From the NCBI GenBank assembly GCA_051362555.1, contig CM120646.1:12586001-12650000 (forward strand): a stretch of DNA of 64,000 nucleotides. The letters run 5' to 3'. The position numbers and the translations under genes are program-made. Source of the stretch: Lingula anatina (Eukaryota > Animalia > Brachiopoda). Shown one piece after another: positions 42,087-55,400 of the stretch (the first letter of the stretch is position 1; each line of letters starts with the position of its first letter). The notes beneath the pieces were generated by a model. It was not told the origin of the DNA and did no database searches. It was given only the letters and a program-made list of their open reading frames with translations.

Positions 42087-43100
42087 GAGCTAAAATCACT
42101 AAATTTCCGTTTTGATTCTGAAAAAAAAAATAAAATAACAAACAGAACGCTGTTATTATATGTCTGCCAATAAAGGTGCAATCTACAAAAAATAATGCTA
42201 TAGGTTTTGATTGTTTGTATGATTATTTTTCATCAAATGCACCATATGCCGTCCTGATCAAACGGTTCTTTTGATGAAACTCAGATATATCTAGTTGCGA
42301 GTGTAGATGATAATTATAAGAAATAACAAAGTTAACCTAATGTAGCATATATGCGTTTACTTTCCAAACCCGATTGAGGGTCGAAACAGTAAGTTTCATA
42401 TGTAGAAAATACATATACCTCTCTTGAATGATTTTATTATTTTTTTTTACCATATACCTTCATTGTTATACTCATTATGTGGCCCTATATATATATATAT
42501 ATCATACCTGTATGGTCAGTGAAGGTGTGGTCCCCCGTTGGTCCAGTCTGGCTACTGGGCGTATACCCCTGGTGGACCGTCCAAGTGGCGGTGGTTTCAT
42601 TGGCGAGCCTCGAGGGTACATAATCGTGATAGCCGCATGCTTGATCTATTTCAAATGTGCATGTCATTTCTGAAATGCCGGATAATATTCGGAATACAGG
42701 CTCACCAATAGCAATGATACAATATATTTGGTAGTATTGATTCAAGGTGCATTGTATTCAATACCACCGTGGAGCTCCATCAAATTAATAGGAAAAGCTA
42801 CAAAAAATACGGCCAAATTCTTAAATGGATGAAATTATGAGGATTATTTGCGTCTTCCGAAAATGTTTATGATACTGTGCACACTCCCATTGCCATTGCC
42901 ACTGATATAAATACTGACAAACTTTTTTTTCGTTTTTCTTCTATACGAGTATGTACATGTATCAAGGAGGTTAATTTTATCAACTGAATTATCAATTGAA
43001 GATCAGTCCTCATGTGCACAATAGATTTTTTTTCATCCGGTGTGCAGGTGTGCGTGTGTGTGTGAGCAGGGGATAGTATCGGATATCGGTGTGTGTGTGT

Positions 43101-43156
<56 letters not shown>

Positions 43157-45067
43157 GGGAGAGAGACGGTGCATATCGCTACTGGTCCAAAATCGGTAGA
43201 AAGTACTCAGCATGCAATCACAATGAATGTAACCACACATCATGTACCCAGTATTTACCGACCTGCATCACATGGACCTCGTGTGATGACAACGTTATCT
43301 ACGGAGAGACTGGAGTGTGTCAGTACTGTTGACAAAGTTGAACTCGCGTTAAAAACCACCACAATGTCACCAAGTGTCCCAGTGCCTTCTGCTGGTGGAA
43401 GGGTGACACGAGCATGTCGCCATGTCCCGTTGCTAATCTCTGAATCTGGGGCTGCAGGTGAAAATGATAACATAATTGATATTAATATGATAATATGGAT
43501 TACATCAGCTAACGAGGATTATGAAATATGATAGGTCCACAAGTCAAGTCGGCTTTACTGATCCTTGAGACACTGCATATCAGTATGATGATCTGTTGGA
43601 ATTTTGGAGAGAGGGTGCGTGTTAGGGCCTATATAGGCCTACGTACTGTGTTTATATAGATGACCCTTTCGTTTTGTGACACGATCTACACAATATACCA
43701 TATTTTAGTATTTTCCTTCCTAAGCACAGTTTTTTTTCGGCAGTCTGCACATTGAGGGAGTTAATCACACAAGTATTTAAGTAAAAGATATCATTATTAA
43801 CTGTGAATTATGCATGAGGCTACATTGGTTGGTTTACGTCTCACGAGTGTCACTTACAATGTGACGACCAAATCACATCAATCTGAGTTGCGTTTCCAGA
43901 CATAACAGCGACATCTATCGTCAGTGAGACGCCAATCTGGCGGTACTGGAAGGCGAGACACCGCGGTATGTACAGCGGCGGCATGGGCGGTGACCTCAGT
44001 ACAGCGTCTGTTTTTAAAGTCGTGTTAGCAATGACATGCGCAAAGCCACCTGTAATGGCAAAAGACAAAATTTGTAAAATTCACACATTGCACTTAGCCT
44101 ACCCGGAACAAGGAAGTGTTCCTCATACACCCCTTGGAAGGCAATAGAAATTGTCTCTTTGTCTTAATATTTCATTAATAGATCATAATTATCATTCTAC
44201 ATGTCGTTTCTGCTCATTGCATAACAAAGCAATCCTTTTCTCCTTTTTCAATCTAATGTTATTCATATGCTGTTTAATTCTGCAATTTTAAACATCCAAA
44301 GAACATACATAGATCAGAAATTTGAAAATTGTTTTAAGCATTACGTATACCATAGACTGGTCTTTGCTCCTTTATTACATACAGTATTTGCATGTAATTT
44401 TTACTTCTCATCTCATTAAAAAGGTTGAATATTATCATGGACATACCGTCCCCGTTTCTTCTTAACGTCCATTGCATGTTGTCTAGGGAAACAAGCTGTG
44501 TAAAATTACACCATTGTTCATTAAAGGTGCATTCCACTTCCGCCACTTTATCATTTACCCGGTGTCCTAGATGATAGAAATACATGTAGCTAGCTATACA
44601 AAGAGTTCATATATGGGGTTATTTTGTTAAGTATAAGTTGTTAAGTCTACAACTGCTTCTAAAATAGCCTGTGCTAATGTTACAAAGATATGCGTGATGC
44701 CTTTGAGCTAGTTGTTGCAATTAAAAAGCTTTTTCAAATTTGTCTTTATCGTTAAACAGATATTATGGAATAATTGTGTAGTCGGAATCTCCTCTCTCTT
44801 TGTTTTATATTTAACTCTCGACAGAAACATACATTTTTATAGGCATGTTAAGTATGAATATTAATGAAAATATTTGTTTTCTTTCAGGTGGGAAGTTCCT
44901 TCCATTTAAGAAATCCCTGCCATATTGCTAGAAAACATGTTTAAATACGGGCTTGTTTTTACTTTAGTTTCCACATCATAGTATCGAATGAGTGTATGTT
45001 ACTTACCTGTTGTAAAATAGAACAATATGAAGTAATATACAGCGAGGAATTTCTCTGGTCTTGCCAT
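38278..45067 (-). CDS. R4: two-MAM (first one divergent) long acidic-mucin-stalk TM protein (~1090 aa), 9 exons: 45067-45007, 44566-44447, 44049-43858, 43451-43263, 42669-42508, 41993-41796, 41148-39109, 38903-38816, 38500-38278
   Basis: Signal MARPEKFLAVYYFILFYFTTG. MAM exons (ECTFNEQWCNF, IPRCLAFQY, SVDNVVITRGPC; CTFEIDQACGY, CAVFFYHMWG, GDIALDDV), 2040-nt stalk exon, TM YTIIIGAGTALFLIILVVLGCVCRRR, tail ending WSNPVYN. Confidence 0.85.
40150..40550 (-). repeat. Coding tandem repeat, 33-nt unit (TPTSTAVDDST), 12 copies, in the R4 stalk
   Basis: Unit tgttgaagtaggtgttgttgaatcgtctactgc repeated on the + strand. Confidence 0.9.
41371..41439. repeat. (TA)n microsatellite
   Basis: Direct inspection. 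Confidence 0.95.
43089..43166. repeat. (GT)n(GA)n microsatellite
   Basis: Direct inspection. Confidence 0.9.
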
Positions 45068-46674
45068 CTTTCCCTGGGAAGTGTGTGTGAAATATCCACA
45101 AGCGTTATTTCCGGATATGAGTAAGAAAAATAAGTCTCCCTTTCGTCTTTCCCTAGCATTCGTAAATATTAACACGATTGAGGATTTCATAAATGGACAT
45201 TTGTTTATCTCAAGACAACTCGACCTTCCGTTGAACTAGCGTCACCTATGGTACTTATTGATAAGGGGTAACTTTTGAATTTAAGTCAACGTGCCAAACT
45301 TTATAATAATTTAGAATGATCGCACCCGTCGCAGATTGAGGTTAATTACTTGGCCGAAGGTAAGTTTTAAAAAGAATCCAACAGTTGTTGAATAATGGTG
45401 GTCTTATTTTCAAAACTTGGACGTTTTGAAATACATACATGTGTAAATATATATGTATATGAAACTGTTTTTTTTTCTTTTTTTTTTTTTTTTTTACTTC
45501 AAACAAATGTACCTGGGGTTCGCTTAGGAGACAGCGCATAACACGTGCATGCAACAGTAAGAAGCTTTGCATTGACTTTTAATTTTAATCTTTATAGGGT
45601 TTAAAACAATGATTGACTATATTGTTTTGGGTGACACTTTCACTTTCATGGATGCATGTTACCTGATAAACGCATTGAGCAAAAATTACTCCTATGTCAG
45701 GAAAGAGTGCTTTAATTATAAAAAAAAGAAATCCCGTATGTAACTCAAATGAGTTCATTTAATACAGCTGGTTAACAGAAACAGCTTGATTTGCCTGAAA
45801 CCCAACCCATCAAACTACAACATGGCCTTCGGTTAAAGGATGTTTTAGGACAGATAGAACAGTACAGATAGAATATTATAGGCTAAAAATAAAATAAAAT
45901 AAAATACCCAATTAAGCCAAAATATTTGTAAGTATATAAGCTTACAAGCTGACAAAATTATTAGGTATGATGGAAATTTATAAAGTACAATACAATATGT
46001 GGACTTATTAAAAACAGAGAAAATACAATCCAAAAAAATAATTCACTTTACAGAATTACCACATCAAATCTTCTAAAGGCCCTAAAATTCGATAAGCTGG
46101 TTAACAAACACAACTGACCCGATTTTCGAGGCACTGCTACATATAAAAATTCAGTGGACATTAAATATTGTTTATATACATCAATTGGAACTCATCGTAA
46201 TCTGTAGGTATACAGTAGAAATATGTGAAAAGATAAAGATGTCACGTACTCATATAGAATTGCAAATCACCTTATGTGAGGATAAAACAATTCTTTTGAA
46301 TACACAGGGCGCTCCGAGTGTCTACTCAATTAGTTCTACTCCTAAATAGCACAGAGTCTAAAATAACCTTTATTGCGTCACCAGACAACTCCGCTTTGTA
46401 TTGGATAACACTTTGTGAAAGCCATAACTGTTGCTATGTAATGGTCAGACCAGTGAGCTACTTGCGCTTATAAATACGGCCTACTAAGATTGGTCGCCCT
46501 ATGTTATTTCGGTCCATTCCCAATGGAAACAGGTCTTAAGATGATCGACCCAAGATGCTTCTTGCATAATCGCATCATCTGTTGACGTCAGGAAGACAAT
46601 GACATTAGTTTTCTTATGAACGAAGCCTGGTTAGAATCAAAGGTTATAAGTCAGTTCTCCCAATATGTAAAATG

Positions 46675-48913
46675 TCATTGTGGAGACATTTCCATTTGCT
46701 GCGCAGTGTTGGTTTCTAGCTCATCGGCTTCTTTATCAGCACTATGGGAACCCTTACCAATCTCCTCATCATCACCCGGCTTTTCGTAGATATCGACCGC
46801 TGATTTCTGCTTTCTGGAAATTATACGGTTTTAAACTACATGTACCTGTATGTGTGGAAGAAAACGATACGTGTAGTAGGAAGTGTGACGGTGAGTAGTA
46901 TAAAATATAAGAGTAACGTTAAAACGTTAAAATGGCTGTGTAATGAGTGGCAACGCATAAGGTGAAGATGAATCGATGGCGTTCATATCGACAAAACAAC
47001 AATTGAATCAAACTGAACATGCTGTATTAAAACACGCTTGAAAGTATGCAGGTAGTTTATGTTTGAAGAAGAGATACTTTGGGTGAACTGTTAACTTTGA
47101 GTTGACTCACAGTTTTACGGCAGCGATGACGGCTACAGTTACTAAAATTATGACCAGAAGTCCTCCGCCTCCTGCACCAGCGGCTATAGCTATGATTTCA
47201 CCTCAAACAGAAAACCACATTCAATCATTTAGAAGCCGGTGACAGTACTTCATTGTATCATTATGCATCATGGTACAAAAGTTGATCAGTGAAAATAGTC
47301 AAAAATGCTAAAAATATACGATAGAATATTTTTATAAAATTACTTAAAATTAATGCAATTTCAGCAAATCTAAGCATAGGGGCCATTTAGATTTTGTCGT
47401 AGATCTCAAAGGTCCCAATTCCATTGGCCATATTGACCATTTTACTTACAGATGGATAGCACATGATCCTAATTTGGACGTCAGAATACTCCATTTAATG
47501 TGAAACCCACAGATAAACCCGTACTTACAGAGTTTTGCTCATAACAGGATGTGTTAGCGGGCTAGAAATTGCCTAATCCAAATGGTACCCATTTTAACCA
47601 TAATAAAAACCAAATGACAGCTAATTACTGCCCACATTATCCTATGATACGCAAGCCGATAATTAATTGTCCATGTTGGAAGAAAGTAACTTGAGACCTT
47701 ATTATTGATTATTGAAGACAAGCCGAAAATCACAAATGTACCGTTACCTTCGCTTCCCTTGTTTTTGTCTTTGTTTCCTTGCTTTGGTTCCGTTGTTGGA
47801 AAAGCTTTGACATTCGAATCACCATTTGTTGTAGCAGAAATCAAACTAGTCGTTGTAGTGGTTGTTTCGAAATTAATCACGTTACTGGCGACATTCGAGG
47901 CGGTCAGGAAAGGTGAAGTATGACTACTTCCCACATTCACGAAAAATGTCGCAGAGGGTTGGTTTGCGTCAATTGTTTTTGTCACACGAGACACCTGCTC
48001 ATTCGAAGCGACTCCTTTGGTCTGTTCTGAAACTGTATTCAACTCTGTATGAGTTGTGACTTCGAGCTGTGAATACGCTGTCGCTGACGGTGTTACTTTT
48101 GACGACGAAACTGCTTGTAGAGTCGCATCTGCGGTGACAACTAATAGGTTAGGCAATGACAACTGAGTCGTAGCAACAGAGGGAGGAGAAAAAGACGAAG
48201 GTGTTGCACCAGGTAACAAAGAATATGTATCCAAAGAAGATGAAAGTACTTGTGCTACACTTGAGGACGAAGCAAAGACTTGTTGCGTGGATACATTCCC
48301 TACACCAGTAGTATCAGAAAACATGTTCGAAAACGTTGACGACTGAGTTATATATGAGTTATCCGTCACCAAAACGGTGCTGGGCTCATATGTATGTATA
48401 TCAGAAAATGCATTATTCCAAATACTTGAAGTTTCGAATGAATAATCTGTTGTCGTTGGAATATCCACGTCACCGTTTCCTGCACAAGTTCCATTTTCAA
48501 TGATTACGTCATCTATGGCAATGTCTCCTAAAGCGCTTGTCCCACGGACTGCTATAAAAGCTAAGTCGCCTGCTCCATCTGTGATATTTACTATTGCTTG
48601 TTTCCAGTCCGGTCCTTGTCTCCCTGTTAAATACGAAAAAGACACGTATTCAGGCCTGCAGTCAAGCCAGTTACCTCACCAGTTACTACATTACAAACAT
48701 TTGCCAACTTGAAATGTCTCAGTAGTTTAATACTGCCCTGTGCCAGCATATTGCGTACATGTAAATGCACATAGATCGACATTAAAGAAAACATGAAAAT
48801 AATGAAATAATTGGGCATTATTAACCTTAAACGTTAAGTTTAATTAATTGTAATTTGCCAATGCTGTCTATAACTGTGAGAAGTTTTTACCCTCCGTTTT
48901 GGTTATTGGCTCT

Positions 48914-48944
<31 letters not shown>

Positions 48945-50841
48945 GTAAAATTCCCCTAACTGAATGCACAGTTAATTATTAAAATGGTTTTGCCTGGGTG
49001 TGTTGGTAACAGGTCTATTTGATTTGGTATTAGTTGGTATTCGCGCCAAAAAGTGCAATCAAAATTATTTAGAAATGTGCCCTTATAATATTTATTGACA
49101 TTTAGTAGTATCACCCATATTTTAAAAAGAACATGGCCTTTTACCATGTTTGTATTCTTGTTGTTTTCTAAGCATTCATTGCCTACCTCTTCTTGACCAA
49201 TGTCTTAAAATAACACTCCCGGTAGAGTTGATTGATACAACTTCCAGAGAACCGAGAAGAATGCCCTCCATGTGGTAAAAGAAACGTAGACAGCGTTGTA
49301 ATGAAATTCCCTGGATAAAGGGGAAAATCAGCCGGGCGGAATAATCTGGAACTTTGCCCTTTGCCTCCATGTACATGTAATTCCCAACTGTCAAATTAGA
49401 AAAAAAAATGCATGTCATTGAACATTAAGCAACTTCCACAGTTTTTTTAGTATTAAAATATATTTGATATATATATTTGATATATTTTAAATCACTGAAT
49501 ACAATTGGTATAAAAGTTAATATAAATGGATTGGGTAATACATAAGTTAATATTTTGGATACTACATAGACATGTTTGTTATAAACACCAAAATATTTGA
49601 ATTGCTGTAGGAATGACATGTTCGCCAGGGATATGTTAAATTACTCAACAAAATTGAATAAAATGGCTGAAAAGAAGTTGATTTTTAGGCACTTTTGGTT
49701 TCCTTGTGGTTTTTAACAAATATGCCCTAACTAGAATTGTTTAATACCTCACGCCATTCAAGCACTTATCTTATGAATACCAGATATGCTAAAAGCAGTT
49801 TATCATGTTTCACAAACCTCCCGTTGTATGATCACCATTCGGCCCTGTGTCATTTGTTGGCGTCCCCATTCTGTGCCATATCCAATCACTATGATTTCTG
49901 TCAAACGTAAAATTGCATATAGACGGTTCCTCAAATGTACAATTCAACAAAATGCCCTGTGGTGTCTCTATTACCTGTTCCAATGTTAAACCTAAAAAGG
50001 AAAAATCCATGAATTACATCAGTTTTTATGACGACATGTACGTAGGTGATGTGTAGCTAGCAGTTATACAAATGTTTGGCGTATTGGACACTGAATCCAG
50101 CTGTGTTTATTTATGATAGGACATTCAAACCTGGTGTCATCAAATCTGATATGGTATTTAAATGGTATGTAATGCCTGTAAAAGAGCGTGTGTCTCCTGA
50201 TTATGTCAAGCACAAACATGACAATTAAGCAAAGACAATTTGAAACAATACAGTAGCACAGGTAAACAACCGGAATCGATAACCAAAAATAGCAGGAATA
50301 TTACGCGAAAATACGTATAGTTGTTTACCTCCATATTTAGACGGTAGTTCTTCCACCAAGGAACGTAAGTTTTATGCACTAAACTGTGTAAATTGATTCA
50401 ACCCCCCCCCCCTTGGTTGGCATCCGATTATAGGTGAGTGTGTGTTTCCATCTGTGTTCATTACAAATACCAGTACATGTATATTCATAAATTATACCAG
50501 TTTTAAATTTTTTTCTTCCTTGCAAATTTAGCAATATTATGTCATTGCAATTTTTAAAGCTAGCTTTAACTTGAATCGAAATAAGGAAAGGTATATAAAC
50601 CGAATAAAATGTTGCCGCCTGGTCTATATGAGAAGATAAATGTTTGATTGGCCAGTTTACATGTACGTTGTATAGGAGTATGAGGAGCCTGAAATCAAAA
50701 GGATGACATTCAGTGCATGTTTACTTTTTCCTCCATTGGACCATACATTTCAAAACGTTCTCAGTAAAACAAACACTTACCCAGAAGACCTGCAGTCGCC
50801 ATCAAACAACTCAGTAATCTTCGAACCGTTCTGCCCGTCAT
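46675..50841 (-). CDS. R5: single-MAM Ser/Thr-stalk TM protein (~513 aa), 6 exons: 50841-50781, 49991-49818, 49387-49187, 48623-47748, 47201-47111, 46813-46675
   Basis: Signal MTGRTVRRLLSCLMATAGLLG, MAM (NCTFEEPSICNF, CLRFFYHM, GDIAIDDV), TM EIIAIAAGAGGGGLLVIILVTVAVIAAVKL, tail KQKSAVDIYEKP...MEMSPQ. The stop position is conserved in paralog R7. Confidence 0.85.
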
Positions 50842-52445
50842 AGCCGCGTTTGGTACTGGTGAGGTTTACCGTACTTTAACGAGAATTCAGGAAATGAAAA
50901 CACCAGCAAATTAGAGGTACGCTGCCAGGACTTTCCATTTACAAGTCACCCCTCAAAGTAAAGATGACGTTCGACTTTTAATCTTGTCTAGGGACAGTTT
51001 GTTAATTGTTATGACTGGTATAATCCTAGCTAATATAGCTAATTTAAATACTGTAAAAGGAAAAGTACATTTATGATTCACACAGTCTTGTAAACATAAC
51101 AAGTAACAAAATAATTAATGAAAATTAATTTTTCAGTTTTTAGTTCTCCTGTGAAAGGGACAGTCCCGTTACACCTTTATCACTAAGTACATTTATTCAT
51201 GTTGAGATATATACATTTGGATAGATTTTTAAAGTATTAAACACGCTTATGTGAATGCAATTTTTTGCAACCCTTTCACAAAAAATACTGAATAGGCCAT
51301 GCACTTTTTTTCTTTAAACAGGCATGGAACAAATTAATTCACGCTCCCTTTTTCAACCGCGACCTCAACCGAGTTTCAGTCAAAGACGTTTCTGTATTGA
51401 TATATATATCACTATTTACCCTTACATGACGGGCGAGATATATGTTCAGAAGTTCGCACTGTGCATCTTATCAATGATATAGCCTACACATAGTTACAGT
51501 GTTTGATTTGAAAACGTCAAAACTAATGCTCCTTTCAAACTACAACCCCATCGGAGGCAATCAGTTTCATTTTTCTTCATATTGTACGTGTTATAAAAAG
51601 TGGGTCCGTAAACTCACGAAACACAATCATTTGCACCCTAATGTTGTACAACGCTATTCAGGCAGATTTGGTTGTTAAGATGGTGTTTGAAGGAAATCTT
51701 AATGAAAGAATCGATATGTTTGAACAAAAACTACAAAAATACGTGCACATAAAACACAAGAATATGTAATAAAAACCCATTGTTTTATTTTGAAAGCAGA
51801 TAAATCGTTTTTATTTGAATAAACCTTTAATCTTATAATGTGAATTATCAACGACGGCAGATGCATCATACGTTTACACTGAAAAAATGCTCAGGCCTAT
51901 CTCCGCCAATGCCTTAATAAACGCGTTAGGTCTTTGTTAAGAAGTTTCACCAAGGTAACTTTTATTTGCAGCTCGCTAAGCGAACATCGAAATCCGAACC
52001 GGGATACATTAACTGCCTGGTTTGTCTTTTCTCAGATAGTAAAAATACTATGTATTTTTTATAATATTATGACAGTGTTTTCTTTTAGGTTTTACAAAAG
52101 TTATCTGAACCGCTGAGTCTCATGGTGATGATGACACAAAACTTTTAGGAAGCTGTTTTTTAATGTTATCTTTTTTACAAAAGGTCGTAAACTAAATCAT
52201 GTTTCCTCTTTTCAAAAACATAAACACCGAGACTTACATTAATCGATCATTACAAAATGCCCATTAATTTATTTGATGACCTCCGTCTTATCTGTATATG
52301 CTTCCTCTGTATATTATCTGACAATGATAAACAAAATGTTGCAAATTTCATATAAATGTACAGGCACCCAACAGAGTCACACATTGTCCACAAAACACCA
52401 TGGGCTGTCCTTCCCTTTAACTGAAGGAATTTTTAAAAGCAATTT

Positions 52446-55400
52446 CTATATTTCTGTAGTAGGTGTATTTGAAATTGCCTCGCCGTTTTTGCCCTGGATG
52501 TGTCTTTGGGTATCCGTGACGTCATGACTGTGAATGACGACATCAGGCGGGGGAAGCAGTGTCACGTCATAAGTGGGGTTTTCTATTTTTAACACACCAG
52601 ATTCATACATGCTACTCCGCGGACTGGGAGTTTCGTAGATATCAGTGTACGGAGTCTGCCTGCGCCTGTTAGAAAAAAAATCAAATTTGATGAACAATGA
52701 ATCTAAAAGGATAAAAATTTAATATAGCGATTTGACAAATAGCAGCAGCTTAACATCCTTAATTGTATTTTAGTAATATTTTTTCTCAAATATATCTAAA
52801 TGCACAAGAGGTTTTACAGAAGCCCAATAAAAGGATTTGTTTGTTACTCACCGTCTCATGAGAATAACAATAATAAGGATAGTCAAAAGCACCGCAACGC
52901 CACCACCGGTCGCTCCGGCGATTATAGGCATCATTTGCCCTACAACAGGATACATGAATACTACAGTGTTTATAGCGGTTCAACATGTCACCTGTGTATG
53001 TGACATAATAAATTGATAAATGGATGATAGTTGTTACACCGCAGATATTGTAGGCATAAGGAAACTGCATTACTCTTAACAAATGCAATAGCAGGGTAAG
53101 GTTTTGATATGACTGTAAGTAAGTGAGAACAACAACACACGCACGTTTAAATAGTTGGTTTCACATTGCTCTATTATAATAGCATGATCTGCGTGTGTGT
53201 GTGTGTACCTGCGTTATCATCGTCATTGCCTTTCTTCTGTTTCTCTTTGTCACCATCTTTAGGGTCGACCGTTGTCTTACTCATCTTAGGTGTGGTCACT
53301 GCAGCAGGGGGCGTGGTCATTACAGCAGTAGGTGTGGTTAATAAAACAGTAGGCGTGGTTTTTGCATCAGGATGTGTGGTTAATACAACAGACGGCCGTG
53401 TTAATGACGCTGAACCAGTAAAGGCTATAGTCGAAGACGACAGTGTGGTTGTTGCTGTCGTAGTAAATTCCAAAGTGGCGGGCGTGGTTTTTGCAGTGGC
53501 ACACGTGGTTGCCGTAGAGGTAGGCGTGGCATTTACAGTGGTAGGCGTAGTTGTTGGTGTAGAAGGCGTGGCTGTAGTAGAGGTAGGCGTGATTGTCACT
53601 GTGGTAGGTGTGGTTTTTGCAGTGGTAGGCGTGCTCCTCGTGGTGGTTTGCATGCTTATCGTAGATACAGGCTTGGTTGTTTTAGTCGTTTGTCTGGTTG
53701 TTACAGTTGACAAAGTGGTTTTATTATTGATAGGTGTAGCTGTGGCTGTGATGTGTGTCGATTCTGTAGATGTAGGAGTGCTTGTGATGGGCGTCGATAT
53801 CATCGTTGATTGAGGGGTTTTGATCGGCGAGGATGACGTAGTAATAGTGGTGGACAGGGTTGTTGCAGTGGTAGTCATGGTTGCAATATTGATAGGTGTA
53901 GCTGTGGTTGTGATTAGCACGGATGTCGCAGTTGATGGAGTAGTTGCCTCAGTGGTAGGCACAGTTGTTTCAGTGGTAGGCGTGGTTCCCATAGTTGTCG
54001 GAGTGGCGGTCTCAGCGTTAGGTGTGGTTGTGGTAGGTGTGGCTGTTGTAGTTGACGGAGGTGTTGTCATAGTGGTGGGCGTGGTTTTCATAGTTGTCAG
54101 AGTGGTTGTCTCAGCGATAGGTGTGGTTGTGGTAGGTGTGGCTGTTGTAGTTGACGGAGGTGTTGTCATAGTGGTAGGTGTGGCTGCTGTAGTTGACGGA
54201 GGTGTTGTCATAGTGGTAGGTGTGGCTGTTGTAGTTGACGGAGGTGTTGTCATAGTGGTAGGTGTGGCTGTTGTAGTTGACGGAGGTGTTGTCATAGTGG
54301 TAGGTGTGGCTGTTGTAGTTGACGGAGGTGTTGTCATAGTGATAGGTGTGGCTGTTGTAGTTGACGGAGGTGTTGTCATAGTGGTAGGTGTGGCTGTTGT
54401 AGTTGACGGAGGTGTTGTCATAGTGGTAGGTGTGGCTGTTGTAGTTGACGGAGGTGTTGTCATAGTGGTAGGTGTGGCTGTTGTAGTTGACGGAGGTGTT
54501 GTCATAGTGGTATGCGTTGCTGCGGTACTAGTAGAAGTGGTTGTAGGAGTGGTAATCGTAGTTAAGGGGGATGTAGTTGTGGTGGTAGACATATTTGCGG
54601 TAGTTGTAGGATTGGTCGTCGTAGAAGCAACTGATGAGGACACTGTGGTAGGAGCGGCATCTGAAGTTATATGCCCAACGCAAGGCTCACCTTCGATAGT
54701 CACATCATCAACTGCAATGTCACTTAGATAACTAACAGCTCGTTTTGCCACAAATGCCAGACTAGTAGCTCCCACAGGTATGTCTACTGTGGCATTTTTC
54801 CAGGCGAGACCTTGATTATCTGTTTGAAAGATAAATTGCTCTCTTAGGAACGTTCAGATATTGAAAAAAAATGCAATTCAATGAGCCCAGGTACAATTTG
54901 TTTAAAAGATTGTTTATAAAGAGAACTAAACTGCCAATGTTTTCCAGTGGAATGGGTTATCCTTTTTCTTTAACATTTGCATTTTATCTCAGACTGAATA
55001 AAGCAACATGAGTATGTACCAACATTTTGATTACTAGAATTCTGATCCTCTTTCTGTATTTGAAAGACGCCACCTTTACACAATAATTGATGTAATAAAA
55101 GTAAAACTAACTCTTCATTGACCACAGAGTCTGAGTAACGCTCCCAGAGGAGTTCATGACAACCACCTTCAATGACCCAACAACTGTTGGGGCACTGACG
55201 TTAGCATACATGTGGTAATAGAAACGTAGACAGCGAGCGTACATCCTCTCCAACAATGGCGGGAAGAGTAACCAGGCTTCAGAATCAACCGCTATCCTAC
55301 TTGCCTCCATGTATACATAATAACCAGCTGTAAAAGACACAGGTTAAAAAAATAAAGATCATCGCGGTCAGACATAAATCAAATTATCTTTTCACGTTTA

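Noticed and set aside
45190-45310. GATA/Fox-like sites in putative promoters suggesting gut expression
   Set aside because: Short motifs are expected by chance in AT-rich DNA, and their sharing with 60290-60360 is explained by recent duplication.
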